DNA of 64,000 nt from a virus. Location of the stretch: IMG/VR virus record IMGVR_UViG_3300030104_002385, positions 1 through 64,000 of that record; one strand, 5' to 3'. Position 1 is the stretch's first letter. Each line of letters opens with the position of its first letter. A model generated the notes under the pieces. That model was not told the DNA's origin and made no database searches. It worked only from the letters and a program-made list of their open reading frames with translations. Both the position numbers and the translations under genes were made by a program. This document shows positions 52,288 through 60,381 of the stretch, piece by piece.

Positions 52288-53214
52288 ATGGCATATTCAA
52301 ATTCACCAGCACAGGATTACGTTCAGTCTGACTATAGTAATTCTTCACGTTTGAACGTTAATGGGTCTGCTCAAGAGCAGAAGTTTATAGAAAATCTAAT
52401 TGTAGAAACAATTGAAATTTACGGGCAAAATATTTACTACGTGCCGAGAACTATTGTCAACCGTGATAGTGTCTTCGGAGAGGATTCTGATGGCAAATTT
52501 GAAAGTGCCAAAGCGATTCGTGCCTATGTCAATAATGTTGAAGGATGGGAAGGACAAGGCGAACTTCTTACGAAGTTTGGGATCCGCATCGAGGATAAGA
52601 CAACATTTGTATTCTCCCGTGAAAAATTTAAAGAAAAGGTTGATGACAGCACTGTCCTCAATGTCGAAGGAAGACCCAACGAAGGGGATTTAATTTGGTT
52701 CCCTATAACTAAACATTTATTTGAAATTAAGTTTGTAGAAGTCGAACGTCCTTTCTATCAGTTAGGTAAGAATTACGTTTGGGAATGTCAGTGCGAACTC
52801 TTTGAGTACAGTGATGAGGAGATTGACACTGGTCTTACAGAACTTGATGCTATTGAGACTGCCTTTGCTAATGCAATTACAGTTGGTCTTGCTGCTGGTG
52901 GTTCTGGAGACTTCACTGTTGGTGAGACTGTTACTGGAGGTAGTTCTAATGTAACTGCTGAAGTTAAGTCTTGGGATTCTAGTACTAGAACACTTATTGT
53001 TATTAACCGTTCTGGTACATTTACTATACCAGAAACATTGACAGGTGGTACATCTAGTGCATCTTGGACTACTGCTACATATAATACAATAGACAATAAA
53101 AATACAACGTACGATCAGAACTACGAATTTGAAACTGCTGATAATGATATCATAGACTTCAGTGAAGCAAACCCATTCGGATCAGTTGGATCATCCACTG
53201 ACTTAACAATCTAA
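52288..53214 (+). CDS. gp14: Neck protein gp14
   Basis: EQ..IENLIVETIEIYG..IYYVPR, KFGI, RPNEGDLIWFP, FEIKFVE..PFYQLGK, CELFEYSDE, DFSEANPFG. Confidence 0.95.
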   Translation: MAYSNSPAQDYVQSDYSNSSRLNVNGSAQEQKFIENLIVETIEIYGQNIYYVPRTIVNRDSVFGEDSDGKFESAKAIRAYVNNVEGWEGQGELLTKFGIRIEDKTTFVFSREKFKEKVDDSTVLNVEGRPNEGDLIWFPITKHLFEIKFVEVERPFYQLGKNYVWECQCELFEYSDEEIDTGLTELDAIETAFANAITVGLAAGGSGDFTVGETVTGGSSNVTAEVKSWDSSTRTLIVINRSGTFTIPETLTGGTSSASWTTATYNTIDNKNTTYDQNYEFETADNDIIDFSEANPFGSVGSSTDLTI

Positions 53215-54245
53215 TGCTAGGAACCTACAACTATAACCAAATATTTAGAAAGACTATTGTTTCTTTTGGTACTCTTTTCAATAACATTGAAATAAGAAGA
53301 TCAGATGAGGTAATGAAAGTTCCTCTAGCTTATGGTCCAAAACAAAAATTCTTAGCACGTCTGGATCAAAACCCAGATCCAACCAATAAAAGGGTTCAAA
53401 TTACATTACCCAGACTTTCGTTTGAAATAAATTCTGTTAGTTATGATTCTACAAGGAAAGTCTCACCCACACAAAAGATCAAATTCAAGAAAGACGTAGA
53501 TGAAGTTAAGTCAGCTTTCATGCCTGTGCCTTATAATATTGGATTTGAATTGGCAATTATATCGAAAAATCAAGATGACGGATTACAAATCATTGAACAA
53601 ATTCTTCCGTACTTTCAACCTCATTATAATCTCTCAGTTAAACTCCAAACATCAATAGGGGAAACTAAAGATGTTCCTGTAGTATTACAGAACATAGATT
53701 ATGAGGATGATTACGAAGGAGATTTTGCAAGTCGTAGAGCAATTATATACACATTACAATTTATTGCTAAGACTTATCTATACGGTCCTGTTACAGAGGC
53801 TAAGACAATCAAAAAGGTTATTACCGATTCTTATACCTCTGTCAATACGACTACAGCACCAAGAGAGAAGAGGTATACTGTTACACCTCAAGCATTAACA
53901 GATCAGGATGGAGTAGGACTTACTACTCTTACTGCTGCAATGGACATTAACGATGGAATTATATCTGTTGCTAGTGTATCATCTCTTGCACAAGGAGATG
54001 ACATTCAGATTGGTACTGAGGTTATGCATATTAACAGAGTTGTTGGTAGTACGCTTCATATCAGTCGAGGATGGAACAGCACAACTATTGCAGGACATGC
54101 AAATGGATCAGGAATTCTTAAGTTAGATGCTGCAGATGATGCACTATTAACTTCTGAGGATGATTTCGGATTTGGTGAAATATTCTCAGACTTTACTGAT
54201 CTCAAGAAACGCAACCCAGTTAGCGGTGCTGATGAAACAATCTAA
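53214..54245 (+). CDS. gp15: Tail sheath stabiliser/terminator gp15
   Basis: FGTLFNNI, VPLAYGPKQKFLARL, LPRLSFE, MPVPYNI.FEL, QIIEQILPYFQP, AKTYLYGP. Confidence 0.95.
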   Translation: MLGTYNYNQIFRKTIVSFGTLFNNIEIRRSDEVMKVPLAYGPKQKFLARLDQNPDPTNKRVQITLPRLSFEINSVSYDSTRKVSPTQKIKFKKDVDEVKSAFMPVPYNIGFELAIISKNQDDGLQIIEQILPYFQPHYNLSVKLQTSIGETKDVPVVLQNIDYEDDYEGDFASRRAIIYTLQFIAKTYLYGPVTEAKTIKKVITDSYTSVNTTTAPREKRYTVTPQALTDQDGVGLTTLTAAMDINDGIISVASVSSLAQGDDIQIGTEVMHINRVVGSTLHISRGWNSTTIAGHANGSGILKLDAADDALLTSEDDFGFGEIFSDFTDLKKRNPVSGADETI

Positions 54246-54247
54246 TT

Positions 54248-54661
54248 ATGGATGAAGATTTTACAGGATTAACAAAAGCTTTTGGTGAAGAACCTTCTGA
54301 ACTGGAACAACATGTTGAGAAAACTAAATCACTGAGAACTGATACTCCTGACGTACAACAGGATTACGAGACTTCTCGTGCTCAACTACATAGCCTAGTA
54401 ATGAAAGGGCAGGAGGCAGTAGATGGTATACTTGATGTGGCACGAGCAAGTGATCATCCAAGAGCTTATGAAGTTGCTGGTCAACTCATCAAACACGTGG
54501 CAGATACGACAGACAAGTTGATAGATCTGCAAACAAAAATGAAAGAATTAGATAAAGAAGATAAGAAAGGTCCGACTAGTGTCACTAATGCTATGTTTGT
54601 CGGGAGTACTTCTGATCTTCAGAAGATGTTAAAAAACATAAATAAAGAGGAATCTAACTAA
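54248..54661 (+). CDS. gp16: Terminase small subunit gp16
   Basis: DYETSRAQL...GQEAV...SDHPRAYEVAGQLIK, NAMFVGSTSDLQKML. Confidence 0.93.
   Translation: MDEDFTGLTKAFGEEPSELEQHVEKTKSLRTDTPDVQQDYETSRAQLHSLVMKGQEAVDGILDVARASDHPRAYEVAGQLIKHVADTTDKLIDLQTKMKELDKEDKKGPTSVTNAMFVGSTSDLQKMLKNINKEESN
54637..54644 (+). promoter_or_regulatory. Late promoter (CATAAATA) at the 3' end of gp16
   Basis: NATAAATA 28 nt before the ATG at 54673. Confidence 0.65.
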
Positions 54662-54672
54662 CTCGACACGAC

Positions 54673-55206
54673 ATGACTGTACTTAATGTATTAAGCACAA
54701 ATGCAATATCTGGATCTGGAACGGAATATCAAACTATTCAGACTGGATTTTATCGTATAAGTGCTACTGCTGCAACGACTGTTCAATTTGGTGCTGGTCC
54801 TGCAATCCAAGTGTTTGCAAATTCACCTGTTCTTTTGAAAGGTGGTAAACCAGGTCAAGCAAGAGTTGTTAAAGCGATTGATGATTCTACTGCAGATTAT
54901 ATCCTTGGGCAACACCTTCAGGATTCATCTAGCAATCATCCTTTCTCGGTTGGTGATTTTATCGCAGTTGTAGATGCTTCTACTGATCCTGCAATTGATA
55001 GTAATTTTCTATCTGCTGGAACTGTTGGTAAAAAAATTACCGCAATTGATGGTAATAAAATAAGTACAGATATTGATTCTTCTTCAGCATCTGCTGATTA
55101 CACATACGCACAGTCTGGTAATCAAGCAATCGTGCAACGTGCCATAAAGATCACAGCTGGCGGTCAGGCAATTACGGTTGAAGAGGTACAAGTGGTCGGA
55201 GGTTAA
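54673..55206 (+). CDS. Hypothetical protein, probably structural
   Basis: Beta-rich; contains NHPFSVGDFIAV, resembling the HGLxxGDxV modules of gp7; late promoter upstream. Confidence 0.7.
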   Translation: MTVLNVLSTNAISGSGTEYQTIQTGFYRISATAATTVQFGAGPAIQVFANSPVLLKGGKPGQARVVKAIDDSTADYILGQHLQDSSSNHPFSVGDFIAVVDASTDPAIDSNFLSAGTVGKKITAIDGNKISTDIDSSSASADYTYAQSGNQAIVQRAIKITAGGQAITVEEVQVVGG

Positions 55207-55207
55207 G

Positions 55208-55879
55208 ATGCCTTTGGTTAATCAAGAAGCCGAACGTATAGTTCGTGGAATGAAAAGTAAAAGTGGTCATCGCTTTAGAAAACTCTATGGGAAGCGTGAT
55301 AAAGAAGTGATGCATGCAACGGCAAATAAATTAGCTCAAAAGGAACAACTGAAAGTTATGTATTATTCAGACTTTATAAAACTTGCAGAAGGTAATCCTA
55401 CTACCAGAATGCTTACCAAGTCAAAGACAAAAACGACTGGTAATATATCTGCGGATAGAGGATCCGATGAATCTAAGAACCGTGAGAAACGTAAAGGTCT
55501 GGAAAAAGATTTTAAAAAGAAAGGTATTGGATATAAAAAGGGTGTAGGTGAATACAAATATAAATCTGATGATGGAAAAGAAGGGACTGGAAGAGAGGTC
55601 TCTTACCAAACAAGCAAACCTGATAACATGAGCAAGCGTAGGTTTGGTAAAACAATGAGAAGATTAGGACGTAAGCATGGACAGGAATCCGTCATCACCA
55701 AAGATAAGGACAAACCTGCAAGATTACATGATACCCAATCCAAGAAACCAGATAAATCTATTAACTTAGGTAAGTCTGCACCAGGCAAACATCCCAAAGG
55801 AGATGGTGAAACATCAGGGACTAAAGTTAGGTCAGGTAAATTATCTAAAACATCAAAGCCAGCGTACCACTACAAATAA
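55208..55879 (+). CDS. Highly basic Lys/Arg-rich hypothetical protein (possible internal head/DNA-binding protein)
   Basis: The ATG at 55208, just after the previous stop, is preferred to the TTG at 55178; composition is extremely K/R/G/S-rich. Confidence 0.7.
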   Translation: MPLVNQEAERIVRGMKSKSGHRFRKLYGKRDKEVMHATANKLAQKEQLKVMYYSDFIKLAEGNPTTRMLTKSKTKTTGNISADRGSDESKNREKRKGLEKDFKKKGIGYKKGVGEYKYKSDDGKEGTGREVSYQTSKPDNMSKRRFGKTMRRLGRKHGQESVITKDKDKPARLHDTQSKKPDKSINLGKSAPGKHPKGDGETSGTKVRSGKLSKTSKPAYHYK

Positions 55880-55896
55880 GTAAAGGACGCAAAACC

Positions 55897-56052
55897 ATGT
55901 CAGAATCTGAACGTAAGTACAGAGAAGAATTAGATCGATATAGACAATTATTAAATAGGCAAAAAGAAGAGGATGAAAAGAAAGGTTTAAAACCCTATAG
56001 TCATCCAGATCACTACGATAAACTGTGTTCAAAGGAGAACAAAGGTAGTTAA
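55897..56052 (+). CDS. Small hypothetical protein (51 aa, MSESERKYREELDRYRQLL...)
   Basis: Translated by hand; aaagga 8-14 nt upstream; fills the intergenic gap. Confidence 0.6.
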   Translation: MSESERKYREELDRYRQLLNRQKEEDEKKGLKPYSHPDHYDKLCSKENKGS

Positions 56053-56063
56053 TTATACTTACA

Positions 56064-56077
56064 TGGTATAATAAATA
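56064..56077 (+). promoter_or_regulatory. Overlapping extended -10 box (TGGTATAAT) and late box (AATAAATA)
   Basis: Sequence tggtataataaata in the intergenic region before the ATG at 56104. Confidence 0.6.
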
Positions 56078-56103
56078 CTTATCAGTATGGGATTGAAAAA
56101 ATC

Positions 56104-56334
56104 ATGCCCCTGACTCATCAGAAGCATTATACCGTAGGTTACCATGACCTACAAAAAAACAAAGGAGAAATTTGCGAGTATGCCGTAGATGCATATTCAG
56201 CAATGCAACAAGCAAAAGAGGATGTACCTTTTCTAGAAGGGCATCCTCATTTTATTGATTCGTGTGAAATGAATCCAACTGAGATTGATAACATTACTCG
56301 GTTGATGGCATCAGGAATTCCAATGGGACATTAA
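56104..56334 (+). CDS. Small hypothetical protein (76 aa)
   Basis: HYTVGYHD...EICEYAVDAY.A...A.EDVPFL..HPHFID; has its own promoter. Confidence 0.75.
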   Translation: MPLTHQKHYTVGYHDLQKNKGEICEYAVDAYSAMQQAKEDVPFLEGHPHFIDSCEMNPTEIDNITRLMASGIPMGH

Positions 56335-56336
56335 TT

Positions 56337-56450
56337 ATGACTACTATAACAAAAAATAAACATGAGATAATGTGGTGGATGAGTAGACTCACCATCATGG
56401 GAACATCTCTAGGTATGGCAACATGGCTTGCAGCACAAGCATGGGTTTAG
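56337..56450 (+). CDS. Small hydrophobic peptide (37 aa, MTTITKNKHEIMWWMSRLTIMGTSLGMATWLAAQAWV)
   Basis: Translated by hand; starts 2 nt after the previous stop; stop overlaps the next gene's likely start at 56441. Confidence 0.6.
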   Translation: MTTITKNKHEIMWWMSRLTIMGTSLGMATWLAAQAWV

Positions 56451-56674
56451 ATTATTCATATGTAGAGGCACAAGTCACTGAGGGTAAAAAGTATTATGAT
56501 AAAGATGGGTGGGAGATTTCTCCACCCATTTCTGATAGGGAATGTATCTATCGTGCCCTAGAGAACTGTCAAAACCTTGCTGGACTTGATAGAAAACAAG
56601 TTCAGAAATTGATGGAAGATTTCAAGACTAAGAAAACTGAATTCGTACGCAACGAAGAGTACCCTGTGCTATAA
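56441..56674 (+). CDS. Hypothetical protein
   Basis: ORF track gives 56423; the in-frame ATG at 56441 minimises overlap with the upstream peptide gene. Confidence 0.65.
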   Translation: MGLDYSYVEAQVTEGKKYYDKDGWEISPPISDRECIYRALENCQNLAGLDRKQVQKLMEDFKTKKTEFVRNEEYPVL

Positions 56675-56675
56675 T
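56667..56675 (+). promoter_or_regulatory. Extended -10 element (TGCTATAAT) upstream of the PsbN-like gene
   Basis: Perfect TGnTATAAT 29 nt before the ATG at 56705; no clear -35; a near-late box TATAAATT follows at 56681. Confidence 0.5.
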
Positions 56676-56704
56676 TACTATATAAATTATGAACTATATT
56701 AACA

Positions 56705-57010
56705 ATGATTTTTCTATCAAAACCATCTGTATATAATCTTCCTGGTACATGGGAGAAGCAACCCGATGTTCTCGTTCAACATTTAAATCTTACACCTGAT
56801 CAAGGATTAATTTTATTCTTTGGTTTATTATTAGGTGCTTTAGTTGCGTATGGTATTTACTATACATTTGGAGCAGGAAAGAAAGAACTGAGGGATCAGA
56901 TTGACGAACATGCTAAGATGCATGAACTAGGTATTGCTCACGGACATGAAGGGAAGAGAGCAATGATAACAAAAGTAGATAAGGACTACCCCAAACATCA
57001 ACATAAATAA
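56705..57010 (+). CDS. psbN: PsbN-like membrane protein (photosystem II assembly factor family) with N- and C-terminal extensions
   Basis: Single TM helix followed by YGIYYTFGAGKKELRDQIDEH, matching the PsbN pattern Y-x-(L/I)-Y-x-x-FG-x4-LRD-x-x-(D/E)EH. Confidence 0.7.
   Translation: MIFLSKPSVYNLPGTWEKQPDVLVQHLNLTPDQGLILFFGLLLGALVAYGIYYTFGAGKKELRDQIDEHAKMHELGIAHGHEGKRAMITKVDKDYPKHQHK
57002..57009 (+). promoter_or_regulatory. Late promoter (CATAAATA)
   Basis: Overlaps the stop of the PsbN-like gene, 21 nt before the ATG at 57031. Confidence 0.6.
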
Positions 57011-57030
57011 AATTAACAACTTAATAATAT

Positions 57031-57330
57031 ATGCTATCAACACAATATCGTTTGAGATTAGCATCTATATGTAAGGACATAGGTGCTGGAGTTGAAGTAA
57101 GTCTAGATGATATGATCTGGGCAGAGAAACTAGCAAAAGCAAATACTGCTGCTAGAGGTATGTTACAGAGTGCTAGAAGAAGTAGTACAGATCCTACAGA
57201 CTCTTTTCTGAATAGCTTGAATATAGGAGACCCCGATTCAAGCAATCACCGTAGGGGTTTTGGAGATCCACAAGATGTGGTAGACTGGTTCCATCAAGAA
57301 CGATCTGATGATTGGAGACAACGTGATTAA
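57031..57330 (+). CDS. Hypothetical protein of a type common in cyanomyoviruses
   Basis: MLSTQYRLRL..IC..I..G.EV.L.DMIWAEKLAKAN ... GDPD..NH..GF ... DWRQRD. Confidence 0.8.
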   Translation: MLSTQYRLRLASICKDIGAGVEVSLDDMIWAEKLAKANTAARGMLQSARRSSTDPTDSFLNSLNIGDPDSSNHRRGFGDPQDVVDWFHQERSDDWRQRD

Positions 57331-57655
57331 AAAGTTAACTAAGGAGGAGATAGGTTACAAAACTACCGATAAAATTCGTCAGATGTGGCTCCTTAATCCC
57401 CATGATCATCACATGTTATATGTGAGAGATGATGGGACTTTTTATGGGTTTACTCACATGAAAGGGGAGGATCCAGAGGAATGGTTTTGGGAAGCACATG
57501 GTATACAGACTGAGTTATTTCCACCTGAACCACCTAAGTCTAATCCACCGACAGAAGAGCAGATTGCTCGTGCCCCACATCTCAATATGTTAGAGAAATA
57601 CTATGGTAAGGGTTGGAAACCTGAACCAGTTGAAGGGTTGGGAGATCACTTCTAA
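57308..57655 (+). CDS. Hypothetical protein (start may be the GTG at 57323)
   Basis: ORF track; tightly packed with neighbours; Trp/Pro/His-rich. Confidence 0.7.
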   Translation: MIGDNVIKKLTKEEIGYKTTDKIRQMWLLNPHDHHMLYVRDDGTFYGFTHMKGEDPEEWFWEAHGIQTELFPPEPPKSNPPTEEQIARAPHLNMLEKYYGKGWKPEPVEGLGDHF

Positions 57656-57813
57656 TGTTTGTTGTACCAGAATACACTTGTAAACATCCTATATTTCCTC
57701 ATCACAATACTGTTGATATAATGTATGATGCTATTAACAAACATGAGTGTGAGCAAAAGGATTGGTATGCATACCTCGATTTTATAAGTAACAATCAATA
57801 TGACTTCCAATAA
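57655..57813 (+). CDS. Small hypothetical protein (52 aa, MFVVPEYTCKHPIFPHHNTV...)
   Basis: Translated by hand; TAATG coupling at 57653-57657; fills the gap. Confidence 0.65.
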   Translation: MFVVPEYTCKHPIFPHHNTVDIMYDAINKHECEQKDWYAYLDFISNNQYDFQ

Positions 57814-58099
57814 CGGTTACACACAAGAGATGATCAAGGAGATGCTAGGCACTGCTTGGTTGGACAAATCCAATATGCCTGAGACTGGTAATCAAATTAG
57901 AAGAAGAAAGGGACAAGAGATGAGAGCAGGAACAAGACCTTATCCTAAGTATCCATCAAAGGAGTCAAGAATATTAGACACTTCAGGTATGTTTGATGAT
58001 GAGGGACAATATGTTTACCCACCTAACAGTGGATTTAATTGGGTGGAGAAATGTGATCCTAATCACGAAGGATATCTGCCAGGTGGTAAAGTATCATGA
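57800..58099 (+). CDS. Hypothetical protein
   Basis: ORF track; short overlaps with both neighbours. Confidence 0.65.
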   Translation: MTSNNGYTQEMIKEMLGTAWLDKSNMPETGNQIRRRKGQEMRAGTRPYPKYPSKESRILDTSGMFDDEGQYVYPPNSGFNWVEKCDPNHEGYLPGGKVS

Positions 58100-58272
58100 G
58101 TGAAGTAGTATGGTCAGTTAATATAATGGTTGCTATTCTACTTGTAGCTGTAGGTATTGTAATCTACTACATATTTAAGTACGATGAATTTTGGCCAAAT
58201 GGGAGCGATGACACCACCGAGCAGGAAGAGCTGCTACAACTTTCGAGTGACGGAGATAAACCGTGTTCTTGA
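58096..58272 (+). CDS. Small single-TM membrane protein (58 aa, MSEVVWSVNIMVAILLVAVGIVIYYIFKYDEFWPNG...)
   Basis: Translated by hand; ATGA overlap with the upstream stop; hydrophobic 23-residue stretch. Confidence 0.6.
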   Translation: MSEVVWSVNIMVAILLVAVGIVIYYIFKYDEFWPNGSDDTTEQEELLQLSSDGDKPCS

Positions 58273-58663
58273 CGGTGATACTATTGACGTTACCATTGAC
58301 CTCGGTTTTGATCTATTCAAGAAAGAAAGAGTTAGAGTTGCAGGAGTTGATACGCCAGAGAAAAGAACAAGAAACCTTGAGGAGAAGGCATTGGGAATAG
58401 ATGCTACTAATTGGTTGAAACAAAAACTAGAAGATACTATTGCAGGTGATGGAGATGAACTTACTGTTAGAACAGAACTTGTGGGTGGGACTGGGAAGTA
58501 TGGTAGGCTTCTTGGTTGGCTCTATATTAACGAGGATACTGTTTCATTAAACGAACAGATGATTACTGAAGGGTATGCTCACGCATATGATGGTGGAACC
58601 AAAGATATGAACCTTGAAAAACTACGTGTTATACGTAGATCATTCGGAACACTAAATGAGTAA
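58199..58663 (+). CDS. Staphylococcal-nuclease-like (SNase/thermonuclease) protein
   Basis: RVLDGDTIDV, RVRVAGVDTPE, GKYGRLLG, LNEQMITEGYA; start 58199 or 58184. Confidence 0.9.
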   Translation: MGAMTPPSRKSCYNFRVTEINRVLDGDTIDVTIDLGFDLFKKERVRVAGVDTPEKRTRNLEEKALGIDATNWLKQKLEDTIAGDGDELTVRTELVGGTGKYGRLLGWLYINEDTVSLNEQMITEGYAHAYDGGTKDMNLEKLRVIRRSFGTLNE

Positions 58664-60320
58664 AACGCAAGAACTATACTTAGGCAATCCTAATCTAAAG
58701 AAGGCAAACGTTTCCCAAAACTTCACTAAGAAACAAATTGCTGAGTATTTGAAATGTGCTGAAAATCCTGTTTACTTTATTAGGGAATATATTAAAATTG
58801 TATCACTTGATGAAGGTGTTATACCCTTTACCATGTATGATTTTCAGGAAGACATGGTACAAAAGTTTCACGACAATAGATTTAATATAGCAAAACTTCC
58901 TCGTCAGTCTGGTAAGTCAACTATTGTTACAGCATACTTACTATGGTATGTTCTTTTTAATGATAATGTTAACGTAGCAATACTTGCTAACAAAGCAGCA
59001 ACTGCTCGTGAGATGTTAGGTAGGTTACAATTATCATATGAGAACTTACCAAAATGGTTACAGCAGGGTATACTAGGATGGAACAAAGGTAGTCTAGAGA
59101 TAGAAAATGGATCAAAGATACTAGCAGCATCTACGTCTGCAAGTGCTGTCCGAGGTATGTCATTTAACATCATCTTCCTTGATGAATTTGCGTTCGTTCC
59201 TAACCATATTGCAGAACAATTCTTTAGTTCTGTTTATCCCACTATATCTTCTGGTACAAAAACCAAAGTCATCATCATCTCCACTCCACATGGAATGAAC
59301 ATGTTCTATAAGTTGTGGCATGATGCAGAGCGTAAGTCAAATGAATATATTCCTACAGAAGTACATTGGTCTGAGATACCTGGTAGGGATGAAGTATGGA
59401 AAGAACAAACTATAAGAAATACATCAGAAGCACAATTCAAAGTTGAGTTTGAATGTGAGTTCTTAGGATCAGTTGATACATTAATCAGTCCAAGTAAGTT
59501 GAGAGTCATGCCATATGAAGAACCAATACAACAAAATAGAGGGTTGGCAGTCTATGAGCAAGTCCAAGAAGATCATAATTATATCTTAACTGTTGACGTG
59601 GCTCGTGGTATTGGTGGTGATTATTCAGCATTTTGCGTAATGGATACAACTACGTTACCATATAGACTGGTAGCAAGGTATAAGAATAATGAAATCAAAC
59701 CTATCATATTACCTAATATTATTGTTGAAGTAGCTAAGAATTATAATGGTGCTTATGTTCTTTGTGAAGTAAATGATATTGGTGGGCAAGTAGCAGATAT
59801 AATTCAATACGATTTAGAATACGAGAATTTATTACAAGCTGCTATGAGAGGAAGAGCAGGTCAACAATTAGGACAGGGGTTCTCAGGTAAGAAAACTCAG
59901 TTAGGAGTTAAGATGTCAACTGCTGTAAAGCAGGTAGGTTGCTCTAACCTAAAAGCATTAATAGAAGATGATAAATTGATGATACCCGACTATGATACGA
60001 TTGCGGAATTGACAACGTTTATTCAAAAGGGTAATTCATTCCAAGCGGAAGATGGATGTCACGATGATCTTGCTATGTGTTTAGTGATATTTGGGTGGAT
60101 GGCGATGCAAGAATACTTTAAAGAGATGCATGACAACGATGTTAGACAACGCATTTATGATGATCAGCGAGAAAATATTGAACAGGACATGGCACCATTT
60201 GGATTTATCAGTGATGGTATGGATGATGAGGTTATTGTAGATGCTCAAGGAGAGAGATGGGAAGTTGCGGAGAAGCTGTCGGAATACGGGGATAGGGCTT
60301 ACATGTGGGAGTTTCAGTGA
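58656..60320 (+). CDS. gp17: Terminase large subunit gp17
   Basis: YLGNPNLK, Walker A PRQSGKST, Walker B IIFLDEFAF, STPHG, nuclease motifs VDVARG.GGDYS and HDDLAM. Confidence 0.98.
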   Translation: MSKTQELYLGNPNLKKANVSQNFTKKQIAEYLKCAENPVYFIREYIKIVSLDEGVIPFTMYDFQEDMVQKFHDNRFNIAKLPRQSGKSTIVTAYLLWYVLFNDNVNVAILANKAATAREMLGRLQLSYENLPKWLQQGILGWNKGSLEIENGSKILAASTSASAVRGMSFNIIFLDEFAFVPNHIAEQFFSSVYPTISSGTKTKVIIISTPHGMNMFYKLWHDAERKSNEYIPTEVHWSEIPGRDEVWKEQTIRNTSEAQFKVEFECEFLGSVDTLISPSKLRVMPYEEPIQQNRGLAVYEQVQEDHNYILTVDVARGIGGDYSAFCVMDTTTLPYRLVARYKNNEIKPIILPNIIVEVAKNYNGAYVLCEVNDIGGQVADIIQYDLEYENLLQAAMRGRAGQQLGQGFSGKKTQLGVKMSTAVKQVGCSNLKALIEDDKLMIPDYDTIAELTTFIQKGNSFQAEDGCHDDLAMCLVIFGWMAMQEYFKEMHDNDVRQRIYDDQRENIEQDMAPFGFISDGMDDEVIVDAQGERWEVAEKLSEYGDRAYMWEFQ

Positions 60321-60331
60321 CGTTTCAAAAA

Positions 60332-60339
60332 TATAAATA
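60332..60339 (+). promoter_or_regulatory. T4 late promoter, perfect TATAAATA, for gp18
   Basis: Exact consensus, intergenic; RBS aaggag follows. Confidence 0.9.
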
Positions 60340-60381
60340 ATCTTAGACAACTGACAAGGCAATTACAAGGAGTTTATAAAC

